A stretch of 64,000 nucleotides of DNA from assembly GCA_002269645.1 (NCBI GenBank), contig NIVC01000955.1, forward strand, positions 62,001 through 126,000, read 5' to 3'. The notes beneath the pieces are model-generated. The model saw only the letters and a program-made list of their open reading frames with translations, did not search any database and was not told the DNA's origin. Source of the DNA: Macrostomum lignano (taxonomy: Eukaryota). Shown here in pieces: positions 23,995 through 38,240 of this stretch (its first letter is position 1; every line of letters starts with the position of its first letter). Position numbers and translations under genes: made by a program.

Positions 23995-24790
23995 ACACTC
24001 CATGTGTGTCTGTCCCCCATGCCCCATACCCCATATTAATCACTATGCCTAATCCCACACCCCATATGTGTCTCTCCCCCATGCCTAATCCCACACCCCA
24101 TATGTATCTTTCCCCATGCCTAATCCCACACCCCATGTGTCTCTCCCCCATGCCTAATCCCACACCCCATATGTGTCTCTCCCCATGCCTAATCCCACAC
24201 CCCATATGTGTCTCTCCCCATGCCTAATCCCACACCCCATATGTGTCTCTCCCCCATGCCTAATCCCACACCCCATATGTGTCTCTCCCCCATGCCTAAT
24301 CCCACACCCCATATGTATCTCTCCCCATGCCTAATCCCACACCCCATATGTGTCTCTCCCCCATGCCTAATCCCACACCCCATATGTGTCTCTCCCCCAT
24401 GCCTAATCCCACACCCCATATTATCCCCATCCTTTATCCCACACCCCATATGTGTCTCTCCCCCATACCTAATCCCACACCCCATATGTGTCTCTCCCCA
24501 TGCCTAATCCCACACCCCATATGTGTCTCTCCCCATGCCTAATCCCACACCCCATATTATCCCCATCCTTTATCCTACACCCCATATGTGTCTCTCCCCC
24601 ATGCCTAATCCCACACCCCATATTATCCCCATCCTTTATCCCACACCCCATGTGTATCCCCATCCCTAATCCCACACCTTATATGTATCCCCATCCCTAA
24701 TCCCACACCTTATATGTATCCCCATCCCTAATCCCACACCTTATATGTATCCCCATCCCTAATCCCACACCCCACATGTCTCCCCGTTCT
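23995..24790. repeat. C-rich minisatellite (CCCCATGCCTAATCCCACACCCCATATGTGTCTCT-like)
   Basis: About 35-38 bp unit just 3' of the GT92 stop codon. Confidence 0.95.
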
Positions 24791-26474
24791 TGTAACAATC
24801 TTGAATTTCTCCAGTCAAAAATTTCCATTACACGCACTAAACGTGGCAAATTAGTTCATTTTAAAGAAACAATACAGCTCATCGCATTAAACTAATGCAG
24901 CATGAGTGATGCGTGCAACGCCAAATTGAAGCATCATTTTATTTGCTGATAGAGTAGGGAAACAAGCGAATTGTTTTCATTTTCTTACAAAAAATATAGC
25001 CTGCAATTGTACGCTAGATCTCCAAAGAAGCCTACTTATAGTAGGCTAATAATTTTTATATATATAATAATTTTTGGTTCTATGCTTTTTACCCTTTTTA
25101 TGTACAAGTACAATTGTACATAATCCTAATGGCTTAATAATATGATTAAAATATACTTAGTGCACACGGAACAAGTGCATATTTTTAATTATTTTAAACT
25201 CTAGCCTTTAATTTGTTTTGTTAAAAAAACAAAAAAACTGTTCTGAGTATTTTAATACCAGTCTAATTTAATTGCTGAATAAGCACATCATCTACTAGAA
25301 TGACTTAGATGGGTCACTTAGGCATATATGCTTAGTAAGTGTTTTCTACTTTCAATTCAGTAGTAAGGAAGTACACAGAAGCTATTTTATAAATAGGACT
25401 AAGGTTTAGGCAGAGATAAAAAGACTTGATAAATTTAGAAGCCAAGCTTGCAGACGTATAATGGCTACACAGAAATGTACATGGCTGGAGCACAGAGGAA
25501 GGCAATAAAATTTGGGCGGCAAGAGATTTCCTGTGAAAAGACGCGGTCGGATGGGGTTTGGCTGGGGGGAAGGGAGGTTAGAGGCCTTCCTCACTTCTCT
25601 ATCCACCTTGCACACCCCGGGCTGTTGATGTACAATGTCTGCTAAACAGAATGTACATTTGCCCCGCACTGATAAAGAGTGTCACGTGGCTGCTATAACC
25701 TACTGCTACTCAGGCGGTTCAAATAATTACCCTTTTCACAAATAATATGCTATTTTCTCTACTTGCTACTAAACAGTAGAACAATGCGACCAAATGTGAA
25801 TCGCATGAATTGGCATTGAAACTTGGAATTTAATTGAAAGTATTGATTTGTGATACTATTAATTTCCTCTGCTAATCCTACTAATGATTACTGGCTTATT
25901 TTATCTCAATCTACAAGTAAGTATAACGCGTCAAAACGCGATTGAAAGATTTTTTCTCTGCTTGTTAGTGCCAAAAATTATAATGTCAAGCAAACCTTCT
26001 GTTGCTATGTTATACTAATATTCTAAAATTTGATCTTCTATTTAAGGTTGCCTTTAGTTCCTTCAGTTCTGGCTGCAACACATTTTGTATTACGAGTATT
26101 TCATAGTTAATTCTCTCGTTTTACTTTTAAAGGCTTACAATAGCATGAAAGAGTCCTATGTTCGATTGTATATTTCTTTAAAACTCATTAGTCTGTTGGC
26201 GTTTTATCTTCATTTTAAACAAACCAATGCTTTACGACTTACGTAGCTAATGTCCTTTTCATACCAGCTACCGGAGATACATTCACGCGAAGATGCCTTC
26301 TTGGTTTAGCTAACTTTTTTCTCTTTCCTAAATTGTTTCTTTAAAAATATATTCTGATACATTTTCCTTCTCTGCTGTCTAAAGCTTGCTGTTGCAAAAT
26401 GTGAAATCGTCAGATTCTTGAATTTACTAGCAATCAAAGCAAATTCTTCTTTATTTTTATTAACAGACTTGTAT

Positions 26475-27710
26475 TCTGTGCCACAGTCACGGTCACATTC
26501 AGTGCCACAATCAAGGTCACATTCAGTGCCACAATCAAGGTCACATTCAGTGCCACAATCAAGGTCACATTCAGTGCCACAATCAAGGTCACATTCAGTG
26601 CCACAATCAAGGTCACATTCAGTGCCACAATCAAGGTCACATTCAGTGCCACAATCAAGGTCACATTCAGTGCCACAATCAAGGTCACATACAGTGCCAC
26701 AGTCACGGCCACATTCAGTGCCACAATCAAGGTCACATTCAGTGCCACAATCAAGGTCACATTCAGTGCCATGCCACAGTCACAGTCACATTCAGTGCCA
26801 CAATCAAGGTCACATTCAGTGCCACAGTCACAGTCACAGTCAGTGCCACAGTCACAGTCATATTCAGTGCCACAATCAAGGCCACATTCAGTGCCACAAT
26901 CAAGGTCACATTCAGTGCCACAATCAAGGTCACATTCAGTGCCACAATCAAGGTCACATTCAGTGTCACAATCAAGGTCACATACAGTGCCACAGTCACG
27001 GCCACATTCAGTGCCACAATCAAGGTCACATTCAGTGCCACAATCAAGGTCACATTCAGTGCCACAGTCACAGTCACATTCAGTGCCTTCCAGGTCACAT
27101 TCAGTGCCACAGTCACAGTCACATTCAGTGCCACAGTCACAGTCACATTCAGTGCCACAATCAAGGTCACATTCAGTGCCACAATCAAGGTCACATTCAG
27201 TGCCACAATCAAGGTCACATTCAGTGCCACAATCAAGCTCACATTCAGTGCCACAGTCACAGTCACATTCAGTGCCACAATCAAGGTCACATTCAGTGCC
27301 ACAGTCGCATTCAGTGCCACAGTCAGTCAGATTCAGTGCCACAATCCAGGTCACATTCAGTGCCACAATCAAGGTCACATTCAGTGCCACAGTCACGGCC
27401 ACATTCAGTGCCACAATCAAGGTCACATTCAGTGCCACAATCAAGGTCACATTCAGTGCCACAATCAAGGTCACATTCAGTGCCACAGTCGCATTCAGTG
27501 CCACAGTCAGTCAGATTCAGTGCCACAATCCAGGTCACATTCAGTGCCACAATCAAGGTCACATTCAGTGCCACAATCAAGGTCACATTCAGTGCCACAA
27601 TCAAGGTCACATTCAGTGCCACAATCAAGGTCACATTCAGTGCCACAGTCAGTCAGATTCAGTGCCACAATCAAGGTCACATTCAGTGACACAGTCAGAT
27701 TCAGTGCCGC
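26475..27710. repeat. 24-bp minisatellite, about 50 copies
   Basis: Unit CAGTGCCACAATCAAGGTCACATT. Confidence 0.97.
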
Positions 27711-28629
27711 AGTTATTGCGAAACTTACATTAATTTAAAGTCAAGAATCAACTTAATCAGCTAGCGAGAAAGATAACTTGGTGTCGCACAGATTGTATTT
27801 ATAATTATATAGATAGCATTCAGAAGCTAGGTGTAAATTAGACAGTAGCGCGAATAACAAACAGCAATAAGTAAATAGAAAAAATGTGCTTTTTTTATGA
27901 GAAGCTAAAAACAGGCAAGCAGATAAACAGATAGATTGTATTAGTGAGTTATGAAGAGTCAAGGGCGCCTTAAGTACTCGTAGGACGAGAAACTTCATTT
28001 CTTAGTATCGTTTCTTAGAAAAGTAATTTTGAAGGCATTTATGCTTAATTAAGATGTCTAAAAATAGTATCGCTATTTTGGTGCCGAACCCAACGCTCCA
28101 AAAAAACTTTTTCTAAGAAACGAGGCTTTCCATCCTATCTAAGCGAGCTCATAGTTAATGACAGATTGTAGCTGGACACAAATATAACATAGTTTGGTAT
28201 TCATATCTATGCTTCAATATGAGCGGTGCGCTTGCTATATAATATTTTAAAGGAGTTGCATATAAAACATGTGTCTATATGTTTATATATGTTTGTCAAA
28301 ATTGTTAAGCTATACATTTAAGACAGAACGGCACAATACAACAAATTGAATTAAGCTTGTTGTCAAAAGCTATTATACGAGATTGTCTGTCAGACAGATT
28401 ATGGTAGATTTCTTTAAACTGACAACGATAATTTTTTATCAAATCAAGTTTTTTTTTAATAACGTATTCCACTGCTAGTGCTGTTACTTTTAGTAGTATC
28501 GATCGATATGCGCGTCTTGTGTGTGTATGCCATAGACAACTGGGCTGACGATAACTCTTCTGAAATAGTGGGATAATAGATGGATCGGATTATACAGCAT
28601 GAGTTGGCTGTAAGTTGTGTTTAGATTCA

Positions 28630-31190
28630 GGAAGCTGCAATTCTAGACTGCAATAATACATCAGACAAGCTGCAATTCTAGACTGCAATAATGCATCAGA
28701 CAAGCTGCAATTCTAGACTGCAATAATGCATCAGACAAGCTGCAATTCTAGACTGCAATAATACATCAGACAAGCTGCAATTCTAGACTGCAATAATGCA
28801 TCAGACAAGCTGCAATTCTAGACTGCAATAATACATCAGACAAGCTGCAATTCTAGACTGCAATAATACATCAGACAAGCTGCAATTCTAGACTGCAATA
28901 ATACATCAGACAAGCTGCAATTCTAGACTGCAATAATACATCAGACAAGCTGCAATTCTAGACTGCAATAATACATCAGACAAGCTGCAATTCTAGACTG
29001 CAATAATGCATCAGACAAGCTGCAATTCTAGACTGCAATAATACATCAGACAAGCTGCAATTCTAGACTGCAATAATACATCAGACAAGCTGCAATTCTA
29101 GACTGCAATAATACATCAGACAAGCTGCAATTCTAGACTGCAATAATACATCAGACAAGCTGCAATTCTAGACTGCAATAATACATCAGACAAGCTGCAA
29201 TTCTAGACTGCAATAATACATCAGACAAGCTGCAATTCTAGACTGCAATAATGCATCAGACAAGCTGCAATTCTAGACTGCAATAATACATCAGACAAGC
29301 TGCAATTCTAGACTGCAATAATACATCAGACAAGCTGCAATTCTAGACTGCAATAATACATCAGACAAGCTGCAATTCTAGACTGCAATAATACATCAGA
29401 CAAGCTGCAATTCTAGACTGCAATAATGCATCAGACAAGCTGCAATTCTAGACTGCAATAATACATCAGACAAGCTGCAATTCTAGACTGCAATAATACA
29501 TCAGACAAGCTGCAGACTGCAATAATGCATCAGAATTCTGCAGACTGCAATAATGCATCAGAATTCTGCAGACTGCAATAATGCATCAGAATTCTGCAGA
29601 CTGCAATAATGCATCAGACTTCTGCAGACTGCAATAATGCATCAGAATTCTGCAGACTGCAATAATGCATCAGACTTCTGCAGACTGCAATAATGCATCA
29701 GAATTCTGCAGACTGCAATAATGCATCAGACTTCTGCAGACTGCAATAATGCATCAGAATTCTGCAGACTGCAATAATGCATCAGACTTCTGCAGACTGC
29801 AATAATGCATCAGACTTCTGCAGACTGCAATAATGCATCAGACTTCTGCAGACTGCAATAATGCATCAGAATTCTGCAGACTGCAATAATGCATCAGAAT
29901 TCTGCAGACTGCAATAATGCATCAGACTTCTGCAGACTGCAATAATGCATCAGAATTCTGCAGACTGCAATAATGCATCAGAATTCTGCAGACTGCAATA
30001 ATGCATCAGAATTCTGCAGACTGCAATAATGCATCAGAATTCTGCAGACTGCAATAATGCATCAGAATTCTGCAGACTGCAATAATGCATCAGACTTCTG
30101 CAGACTGCAATAATGCATCAGAATTCTGCAGACTGCAATAATGCATCAGACTTCTGCAGACTGCAATAATGCATCAGACTTCTGCAGACTGCAATAATGC
30201 ATCAGACTTCTGCAGACTGCAATAATGCATCAGACTTCTGCAGACTGCAATAATACATCAGACTTCTGCAGACTGCAATAATACATCAGACTTCTGCAGA
30301 CTGCAATAATACATCAGACTTCTGCAGACTGCAATAATACGTCAGACTTCTGCAGACTGCAATAATACATCAGACTTCTGCAGACTGCAATAATACATCA
30401 GACTTCTGCAGACTGCAATAATACATCAGACTTCTGCAGACTGCAATAATACATCAGAATTCTGCAGACTGCAATAATACATCAGACTTCTGCAGACTGC
30501 AATAATACATCAGACTTCTGCAGACTGCAATAATACATCAGACTTCTGCAGACTGCAATAATACATCAGAATTCTGCAGACTGCAATAATACATCAGACT
30601 TCTGCAGACTGCAATAATACATCAGACTTCTGCAGACTGCAATAATACATCAGACTTCTGCAGACTGCAATAATACATCAGACTTCTGCAGACTGCAATA
30701 ATACATCAGACTTCTGCAGACTGCAATAATACATCAGACTTCTGCAGACTGCAATAATACATCAGAATTCTGCAGACTGCAATAATACATCAGACTTCTG
30801 CAGACTGCAATAATACATCAGACTTCTGCAGACTGCAATAATACATCAGACTTCTGCAGACTGCAATAATACATCAGAATTCTGCAGACTGCAATAATAC
30901 ATCAGACTTCTGCAGACTGCAATAATACATCAGACTTCTGCAGACTGCAATAATACATCAGACTTCTGCAGACTGCAATAATACATCAGACTTCTGCAGA
31001 CTGCAATAATACATCAGACTTCTGCAGACTGCAATAATACATCAGACTTCTGCAGACTGCAATAATACATCAGACTTCTGCAGACTGCAATAATACATCA
31101 GAATTCTGCAGACTGCAATAATACATCAGACTTCTTCAGACTGCAATAATACATCAGACTTCTGCAGACTGCAATAATACATCAGACAAC
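28630..31190. repeat. Compound minisatellite: 35-bp unit (about 25 copies) switching near 29510 to a related 28-bp unit (about 60 copies)
   Basis: TGCAATTCTAGACTGCAATAATACATCAGACAAGC, then CAGACTGCAATAATRCATCAGAMTTCTG. Confidence 0.97.
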
Positions 31191-31264
31191 CTGTAGACTA
31201 CAGTAGGCAATACGGGCAGCTTACTCACTGGAGCTGGTGTTTCTGGATCCTTCAATTCGGCCGC

Positions 31265-31754
31265 TTAGAAAGGAAACTTGAAAGCGGCGGCTGCGGCGGC
31301 GGCGGCGGCTGCCGACTGATGCTGGTGCAGCTGGTGCTGCTGATGATGGTGCTGCTGCAGGTGCTGCTGCTGCTGCTGGTGATGATGCGCTTGATAAGCC
31401 GGTACCACCTGTTGATCGCTCATGTAGCCTCCCTGATGCAGCTGTTGCAGCTGCTGCTGATGACGCTGCTGCTGCTGCTGTTGCTGCTGCAAAGAGGAAG
31501 AAGGCGACGAGCCAGCCGAAGAAGCCGCTCCAGATGTTGAGTTGGCGGTCGCGGCAGCCGCGGCGGCTGCAGCGGCGGCGGCGGCAGCGGCGGCAGCCAA
31601 GCTGTCGTATTTGACTGGCGAAGACGAGGCCACCGACTTGCAGCCGATCGGTGACACCTGCGTTGGGTCCTTGTGCTTGGCCAGGTGCTTGTTCAGGTAC
31701 GTCTCCGAGTTGTAGTTCTTGCCGCAGACCCGGCAGACGAGTACCTTGCTGTAC
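31265..31754 (-). CDS. ZNF384: rotund/Lin-29/ZNF384-ZNF362 family C2H2 zinc-finger factor, exon 3 to stop
   Basis: Acceptor GCGCAG|G in phase 2; YSKVLVCRVCGKNYNSETYLNKHLAKH matches ZNF384 HAKVYTCTICSRAYTSETYLMKHMRKH; poly-Ala/Gln/His tail. Confidence 0.88.
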
Positions 31755-31914
31755 CTGCGCATGTATGGGGTTAGTTGGAGGGCCTCATATGCGGATGTTG
31801 TTTTTAGTGTCTTCGGTCTGCATGCTTCTACTGAAAGTAGCACGGAGAGCTTTTCTTAAACCATTTTATTTGGAATTTCTCGTTGTTAGGAGATACTTTA
31901 TCACCACCAGGCCC

Positions 31915-32845
31915 CGAACCAAACCCCAAAACCTGCACCCCACGCCAGCTCCACACCACCCCTCACACCCTACACCAGCCCCACACCCTACACCAGCCCC
32001 CACACCCCACACCAGCCCCCACACCCTACACCAGCTCCACACCCTACACCAGCCCCACACCCTACACCAGCCCCACACCCTACACCAGCCCCACACCCTA
32101 CACCAGCTCCCACACCCTACACCAGCTCCACACCCTACACCAGCTCCCACACCCTACACCAGCTCCACACCAGCCCTCACAACCTATACCAGCCCCACAA
32201 CAGCCCCACACCACCCCTCACACCCCACACCCCACACCAGCGCCCACACCCCACACCAGCCCCACACCCCACACCAGCCCCCACACCCCACACCAGCCCC
32301 ACACCCTACACCAGCCCCACACCCTACACCAGCTCCACACCCTACACCAGCCCCACACCCTACACCAGCCCCACACCCTACACCAGCTCCCACACCCTAC
32401 ACCAGCTCCACACCCTACACCAGCTCCACACCCTACACCAGCTCCACACCAGCCCTCACAACCTATACCAGCCCCACACCAGCCCCACACCACCCCTCAC
32501 ACCCCACACCCCACACCAGCGCCCACACCCCACACCAGCCCCCACACCCTACACCAGCCCCACACCGTACACCAGCCCCACACCCCACACCAGCCCCCAC
32601 ACCCCACACCAGCCCCACACCCCACACCAGCTCCCACACCCTACACCAGCCCCACACCCTACACCAGCTCCCACACCAGCCCTCACAACCTATACCAGCC
32701 CCACACTAGCCCCACACCCTACACCAGCCCCACACCCTACACCAGCTCCCACACCAGCCCTCACAACCTATACCAGCCCCACACTAGCCCCACACCACCC
32801 CTCATACCCCACACCCCACACCAGCGCCCACACCCCACACCAGCC
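31915..32845. repeat. C/A-rich minisatellite (CCCCACACCCTACACCAG-like) filling ZNF intron 2
   Basis: About 18-bp unit; G-rich on the transcribed strand. Confidence 0.95.
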
Positions 32846-32848
32846 AAC

Positions 32849-33249
32849 CTGTTGGTGCTGTGCTTGGCCGCAGCGTGAGTGTCCAGCTCATCCTTCGAGT
32901 CAAAGCACATGTAGCAGGCCTCGCATCTGTGCGGCTTGTCCTTCATATGCTGGCGCTGATGGCTCTGCAGGTTGCTCATCTGGGTGAAACTCTTGGCGCA
33001 CTGCCAGCAGCGGTAGGGCTTGTCGCCGGTGTGGATTCTCTCGTGCTGCTGCACGTGAGACAGCTGGGTGAACCGCTTGTCGCAGTACTTGCAGCCGTAC
33101 GGCTTCTGGCCGCTGTGAATTCGACGATGCTGGCTGAGGTAGGCGGAGGTTGAGAACTGCCTGCCGCAGGTGTCGCAGTGAAAGGGCCGCGGGTCGGCCT
33201 TGTGCACGGAGCTGTTGTGCAGCAGCAGGTCCTGCTTGTTGAAGCACAG
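32849..33249 (-). CDS. ZNF384: ZNF384-family zinc-finger factor, exon 2 (finger array)
   Basis: YLSQHRRIHSGQKPY...FTQLSHVQQHERIHTGDKPY...FTQMSNLQSHQRQHMKDKPH is the rotund/ZNF384 signature; acceptor CCGTCAG|CTG in phase 0, donor AG|GTTGGC in phase 2. Confidence 0.93.
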
Positions 33250-33369
33250 CTGACGGGATTCCAGGGGATGGGGATGTTCTTGTGAGATTTATCAGTGCAT
33301 ACCGAACTGGCCTTGCTTTACAGTAATAACCATGGTAACAGAACTAGCAAATCGCTAACATAGTCAGAA

Positions 33370-33770
33370 GCCCGCATAGTCAAGCTCGCATAGTCAAGCG
33401 CGCATAGTCAAGCTCGCATAGTCAAGCGCGCATAAGAAGCGCGCATAGTCTGAAGCGCGCAGATTCAGAAGCGCGCATAGTCTGAAGCGCGCGCATAGTC
33501 TGAAGCGCGCAGAGTCAGAAGCGCGCATAGTCAGAAGCGCGTGCCTAGTCTGAAGCGCGCAGAGTCAGAAGCGCGCATAGTCAGAAGCGCGCATAGTCAG
33601 AAGCGCGCGCATAGTCAGAAGCGCACATAGAAAGAAGCGCGCAGAGTCAGAAGCGCGCATAGTCAGAAGCGCGCATAGACAGAAGCGCGCATAGTCAGAA
33701 GCGCACATAGAGAGAAGCGCGCATAGTCAGAAGCGCACATAGTCAGAAGCGCGCAGAGTCAGAAGCGCGC
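33370..33770. repeat. CpG-rich 16-18 bp repeat (GCGCGCATAGTCAGAA)
   Basis: Tandem imperfect copies. Confidence 0.92.
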
Positions 33771-34694
33771 GTCAATCCTTAGACAGAACTTGATTCCCCC
33801 CGCCAATCAAAGTATCTATTTGAATATTTCAATTGACAGATAGATTAGGACTAGCCCTACCAAAGCCAACCCATTTCTAGATTAACTTTTTCTATTTTTC
33901 CCAGCGTAAGGGGCGCCGGCCTTGACAACAACAAAAAATGAGAAAAAAATCCCCACCCCGAGCAGTTTGTTACAGAAAATTCCACCGCAGACTGATCAAG
34001 ATGGCAAATTTTCCCATACAGACAGAGTAACAAAAAAGCGCCCAGTTCGAATTGGTAGCCATATAGATTCAGGTCGACCATATTTTTTCAAGATCCCCAA
34101 GAGACAATATTGGACACAACCCAGAGATCGATATATTTGCAATTGGGTCAGTTGCCATAGCTATGCATCTACATATACCGATCTAACTGCTACTTAAATA
34201 ATATGCCAGCCTATTTGAGATTAAGAAAAAAATCACAAATTAAAAAAGGCGTCTCAGTGCGAAGCGAGCGACGCTGGAGGCCAAGCCGCGAGTCCAGAGG
34301 TCACAGCGGGGGGTTGGTAGGGAGGCTCGGGGAGGCCCCCTGTTTGCCATCTTCCTCATTGTGTGAGGGGTCGAAAAAAGAAGCTCAAATTAATAAAGCA
34401 TTCGGGTACTCCGTTTTTTATGGGATCTGCCAACCACCCATCTGATTCGGTAGACTATATAAAAAGTCATGCTCGCCAATGCAAATACCTGCGCACGCAT
34501 TGTGCACGCAGCCGGGGCTGGGGTGCACGGCAACACCTGCCGTCTAGCGCTTAATTATCTCCGGTCCGTGGTCTTCGAGGCTGTCTAGAAGAGGCTATAG
34601 GGCTTTGGAAAAAAACTAATATGGACTATGGCATATGCCATGTGTTACCTGTGGCGACTGCGATGGCCCACACCGGTTAAGCATTGCTTAAAAG

Positions 34695-36555
34695 ATTGCT
34701 AATCTAGCCAATACACGGATGCAGGAATAGAATGGATTGCTAATCTAGCCAATACACGGATGCAGGAATAGAATGGATTGCTAATCTAGCCAATACACGG
34801 ATGCAGGAATAGAATGGATTGCTAATCTAGCCAATACACGGATGCAGGAATAGAATGGATTGCTAATCTAGCCAATACACGGATGCAGGAATAGAATGGA
34901 TTGCTAATCTAGCCAATACACGGATGCAGGAATAGAATGGATTGCTAATCTAGCCAATACACGGATGCAGGAATAGAATGGATTGCTAATCTAGCCAATA
35001 CACCGATGCAGGAATAGAATGGATTGCTAATCTAGCCAATACACGGATGCAGGAATAGAATGGATTGCTAATCTAGCCAATACACGGATGCAGGAATAGA
35101 ATGGATTGCTAATCTAGCCAATACACGGATGCAGGAATAGAATGGATTGCTAATCTAGCCAATACACGGATGCAGGAATAGAATGGATTGCTAATCTAGC
35201 CAATACACGGGTGCAGGAATAGAATGGATTGCTAATCTAGCCAATACACGGGTGCAGGAATAGAATGGATTGCTAATCTAGCCAATACACGGATGCAGGA
35301 ATAGAATGGATTGCTAATCTAGCCAATACACGGGTGCAGGAATAGAATGGATTGCTAATCTAGCCAATACACGGGTGCAGGAATAGAATGGATTGCTAAT
35401 CTAGCCAATACACGGATGCAGGAATAGAATGGATTGCTAATCTAGCCAATACACGGATGCAGGAATAGAATGGATTGCTAATCTAGCCAATACACGGATG
35501 CAGGAATAGAATGGATTGCTAATCTAGTCAATACACGGATGCAGGAATAGAATGGATTGCTAATCTAGCCAATACACGGGTGCAGGAATAGAATGGATTG
35601 CTAATCTAGCCAATACACGGGTGCAGGAATAGAATGGATTGCTAATCTAGCCAATACACGGGTGCAGGAATAGAATGGATTGCTAATCTAGCCAATACAC
35701 GGATGCAGGAATAGAATGGATTGCTAATCTAGCCAATACACGGGTGCAGGAATAGAATGGATTGCTAATCTAGTCAATACACGGATGCAGGAATAGAATG
35801 GATTGCTAATCTAGCCAATGCATGGATGCAGGAATAGAATGGATTGCTAATCTAGCCAATACACGGGTGCAGGAATAGAATGGATTGCTAATCTAGCCAA
35901 TACACGGATGCAGGAATAGAATTGATTGCTAATCTAGCCAATACACGGATGCAGGAATAGAATGGATTGCTAATCTAGCCAATACACCGATGCAGGAATA
36001 GAATGGATTGCTAATCTAGCCAATACACGGATGCAGGAATAGAATGGATTGCTAATCTAGCCAATACACCGATGCAGGAATAGAATGGATTGCTAATCTA
36101 GCCAATACACGGATGCAGGAATAGAATGGATTGCTAATCTAGCCAATACACGGATGCAGGAATAGAATGGATTGCTAATCTAGCCAATACACCGATGCAG
36201 GAATAGAATGGATTGCTAATCTAGCCAATACACCGATGCAGGAATAGAATGGATTGCTAATCTAGCCAATACACGGATGCAGGAATAGAATGGATTGCTA
36301 ATCTAGCCAATGCATGGGTGCAGGAATAGAATGGATTGCTAATCTAGCCAATACACCGATGCAGGAATAGAATGGATTGCTAATCTAGCCAATACACGGA
36401 TGCAGGAATAGAATTGATTGCTAATCTAGCCAATGCACGGATGCAGGAATAGAATGGATTGCTAATCTAGCCAATGCACGGATGCAGGAATAGAATGGAT
36501 TGCTAATCTAGCCAATACATGGGTGCAGGAATAGAATGGATTGCTAATCTAGCCT
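34695..36555. repeat. 41-bp minisatellite, about 45 copies
   Basis: Unit GGATTGCTAATCTAGCCAATACACGGATGCAGGAATAGAAT. Confidence 0.97.
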
Positions 36556-37379
36556 GCATGGATGAATGAACAAAAGCGATAGACCAACAATAAACTGAAA
36601 AAATACTTTCGAGAATGTCAAAATTTTGGTTTATTTTTGACTGGACCTCTTCAAAGGGAATCTTCTGCACATCAGCTCATCCTGTACCCGGCTTCTCCAG
36701 ACCAGGGTTTCACCTGAGCGATGATGAGTAACTGCAATTCTATTATTCAGCATGTTCGGGACAACAATGGGCTTCCTTTGTTGGCAGTTGTGTAGGGTAG
36801 GGTAGGGTAACTCGGTATCCGAGCTCATCCCTCATTCTATAAAAATCTTCGCCTGCGTCCCGATCATCATAGCCCTGTCCCTGTCCTCTCTTGTGTCCGA
36901 AAAAAACTCGCAGAAAGGATCGAGAGATAATAGGGAATAGGGGGAGCTCAACCTACCCCTGCCCTGCTCTCGACCTCGGTGTGTTTTTTTATTAGCCTCA
37001 CAAAGAAGAATCGAACCCCTGACTTAGCAACCAGAGAGGACCAAAGAGAAAAAAGAGCGCGAGCTTTGTGGAAATTAAAAAAAGCAATGCAAGCGGAGGA
37101 AACGCGGGGATCTCATCGTCTGTCTATTTCTAGTCACGCAGTTGAGCAGGCGGCTGGCTGGCCGGAGGCAACACAATGCTCTCTCAAGCAGCAACCAGTG
37201 CTTCCACTGCTATCAGCTAATTCGACTGAGGCAGAATAAGCCGCTAACAATCTTTGTAAAATTTATTTTAATCTTTTCAGTTTTTGAGCATTTGCTTTGA
37301 CTGTCTGCTTTCTCCGATCAATATTGTTCAGTCTGTTTTCGTATTGCATTCTATAGGCACTGGCAAAGTGATGGCATTA

Positions 37380-38240
37380 TTTATATTGGATGCCATTTTT
37401 AATCAAGAGGTGCCAGTTTTGATAGACAATGTCATTTTTGATGAAAGGATGCCATTTTATATGAAGGGTTGCCATTTTTAATGATCGGTTGCCATTTTAA
37501 ATGAACGTTTGCCATTTTTGATGAAAGGGTGCCATTTTATATGAAGGGTTGCCATTTTATATGAAGGGTTGCCATTTTATATGAAGGGTTGCCATTTTAT
37601 ATGAAGGGTTGCCATTTTATATGAAGGGTTGCCATTTTATATGAAGGGTTGCCATTTTATATGAAGGGTTGCCATTTTATATGAAGGGTTGCCATTTTAT
37701 ATGAAGGGTTGCCATTTTATATGAAGGGTTGCCATTTTATAAGAAGGGTTGCCATTTTATATGAAGGGTTGCCATTTTATATGAAGGGTTGCCATTTTAT
37801 ATGAAGGGTTGCCATTTTATATGAAGGGTTGCCATTTTATATGAAGGGTTGCCATTTTATATGAAGGGTTGCCATTTTATATGAAGGGTTGCCATTTTAT
37901 ATGAAGGGTTGCCATTTTATATGAAGGGTTGCCATTTTTAATGAAGGTTTGCCCTTTTTGAATGAATGGGTGCCATTTTTAATGAATGGGTGCCATTTTT
38001 AATGAATGGGTGCCATTTTATATAGAGAATGTCATTTTTGATTAAGGGATGCCTTATTTTAATGAAGGGTGCCATTTTTCAGTGAACGGTTGCCATTTTT
38101 AATAAAGTGTTGCCATTTTTAATGAACGGTTGCCATTTTTGATAAAGTGTTGCCATTTTTAATGAACGGTTGCCATTTTTGATAAAGTGTTGCCATTTTT
38201 AATGAACGGTTGCCATTTTTGATAAAGAGCTGTCAATTTT
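37380..38240. repeat. 20-bp minisatellite (TGCCATTTTATATGAAGGGT), homogeneous core with diverged flanks
   Basis: Near-perfect copies at about 37530-37930. Confidence 0.95.

Noticed and set aside
26418-27738. Long ORFs (up to 423 aa) over the 24-bp array
   Set aside because: They arise because the unit is a multiple of 3 and lacks stops in several frames on both strands; there is no unique coding flank or splice support.
31651-32878. Pro/His/Thr-rich plus-strand ORFs
   Set aside because: Antisense to ZNF exons and running through the intronic repeat.
22265-36555. Regular 28-41 bp repeats as possible CRISPR arrays
   Set aside because: Units are head-to-tail with no unique spacers, there are no cas genes, and the context is eukaryotic.
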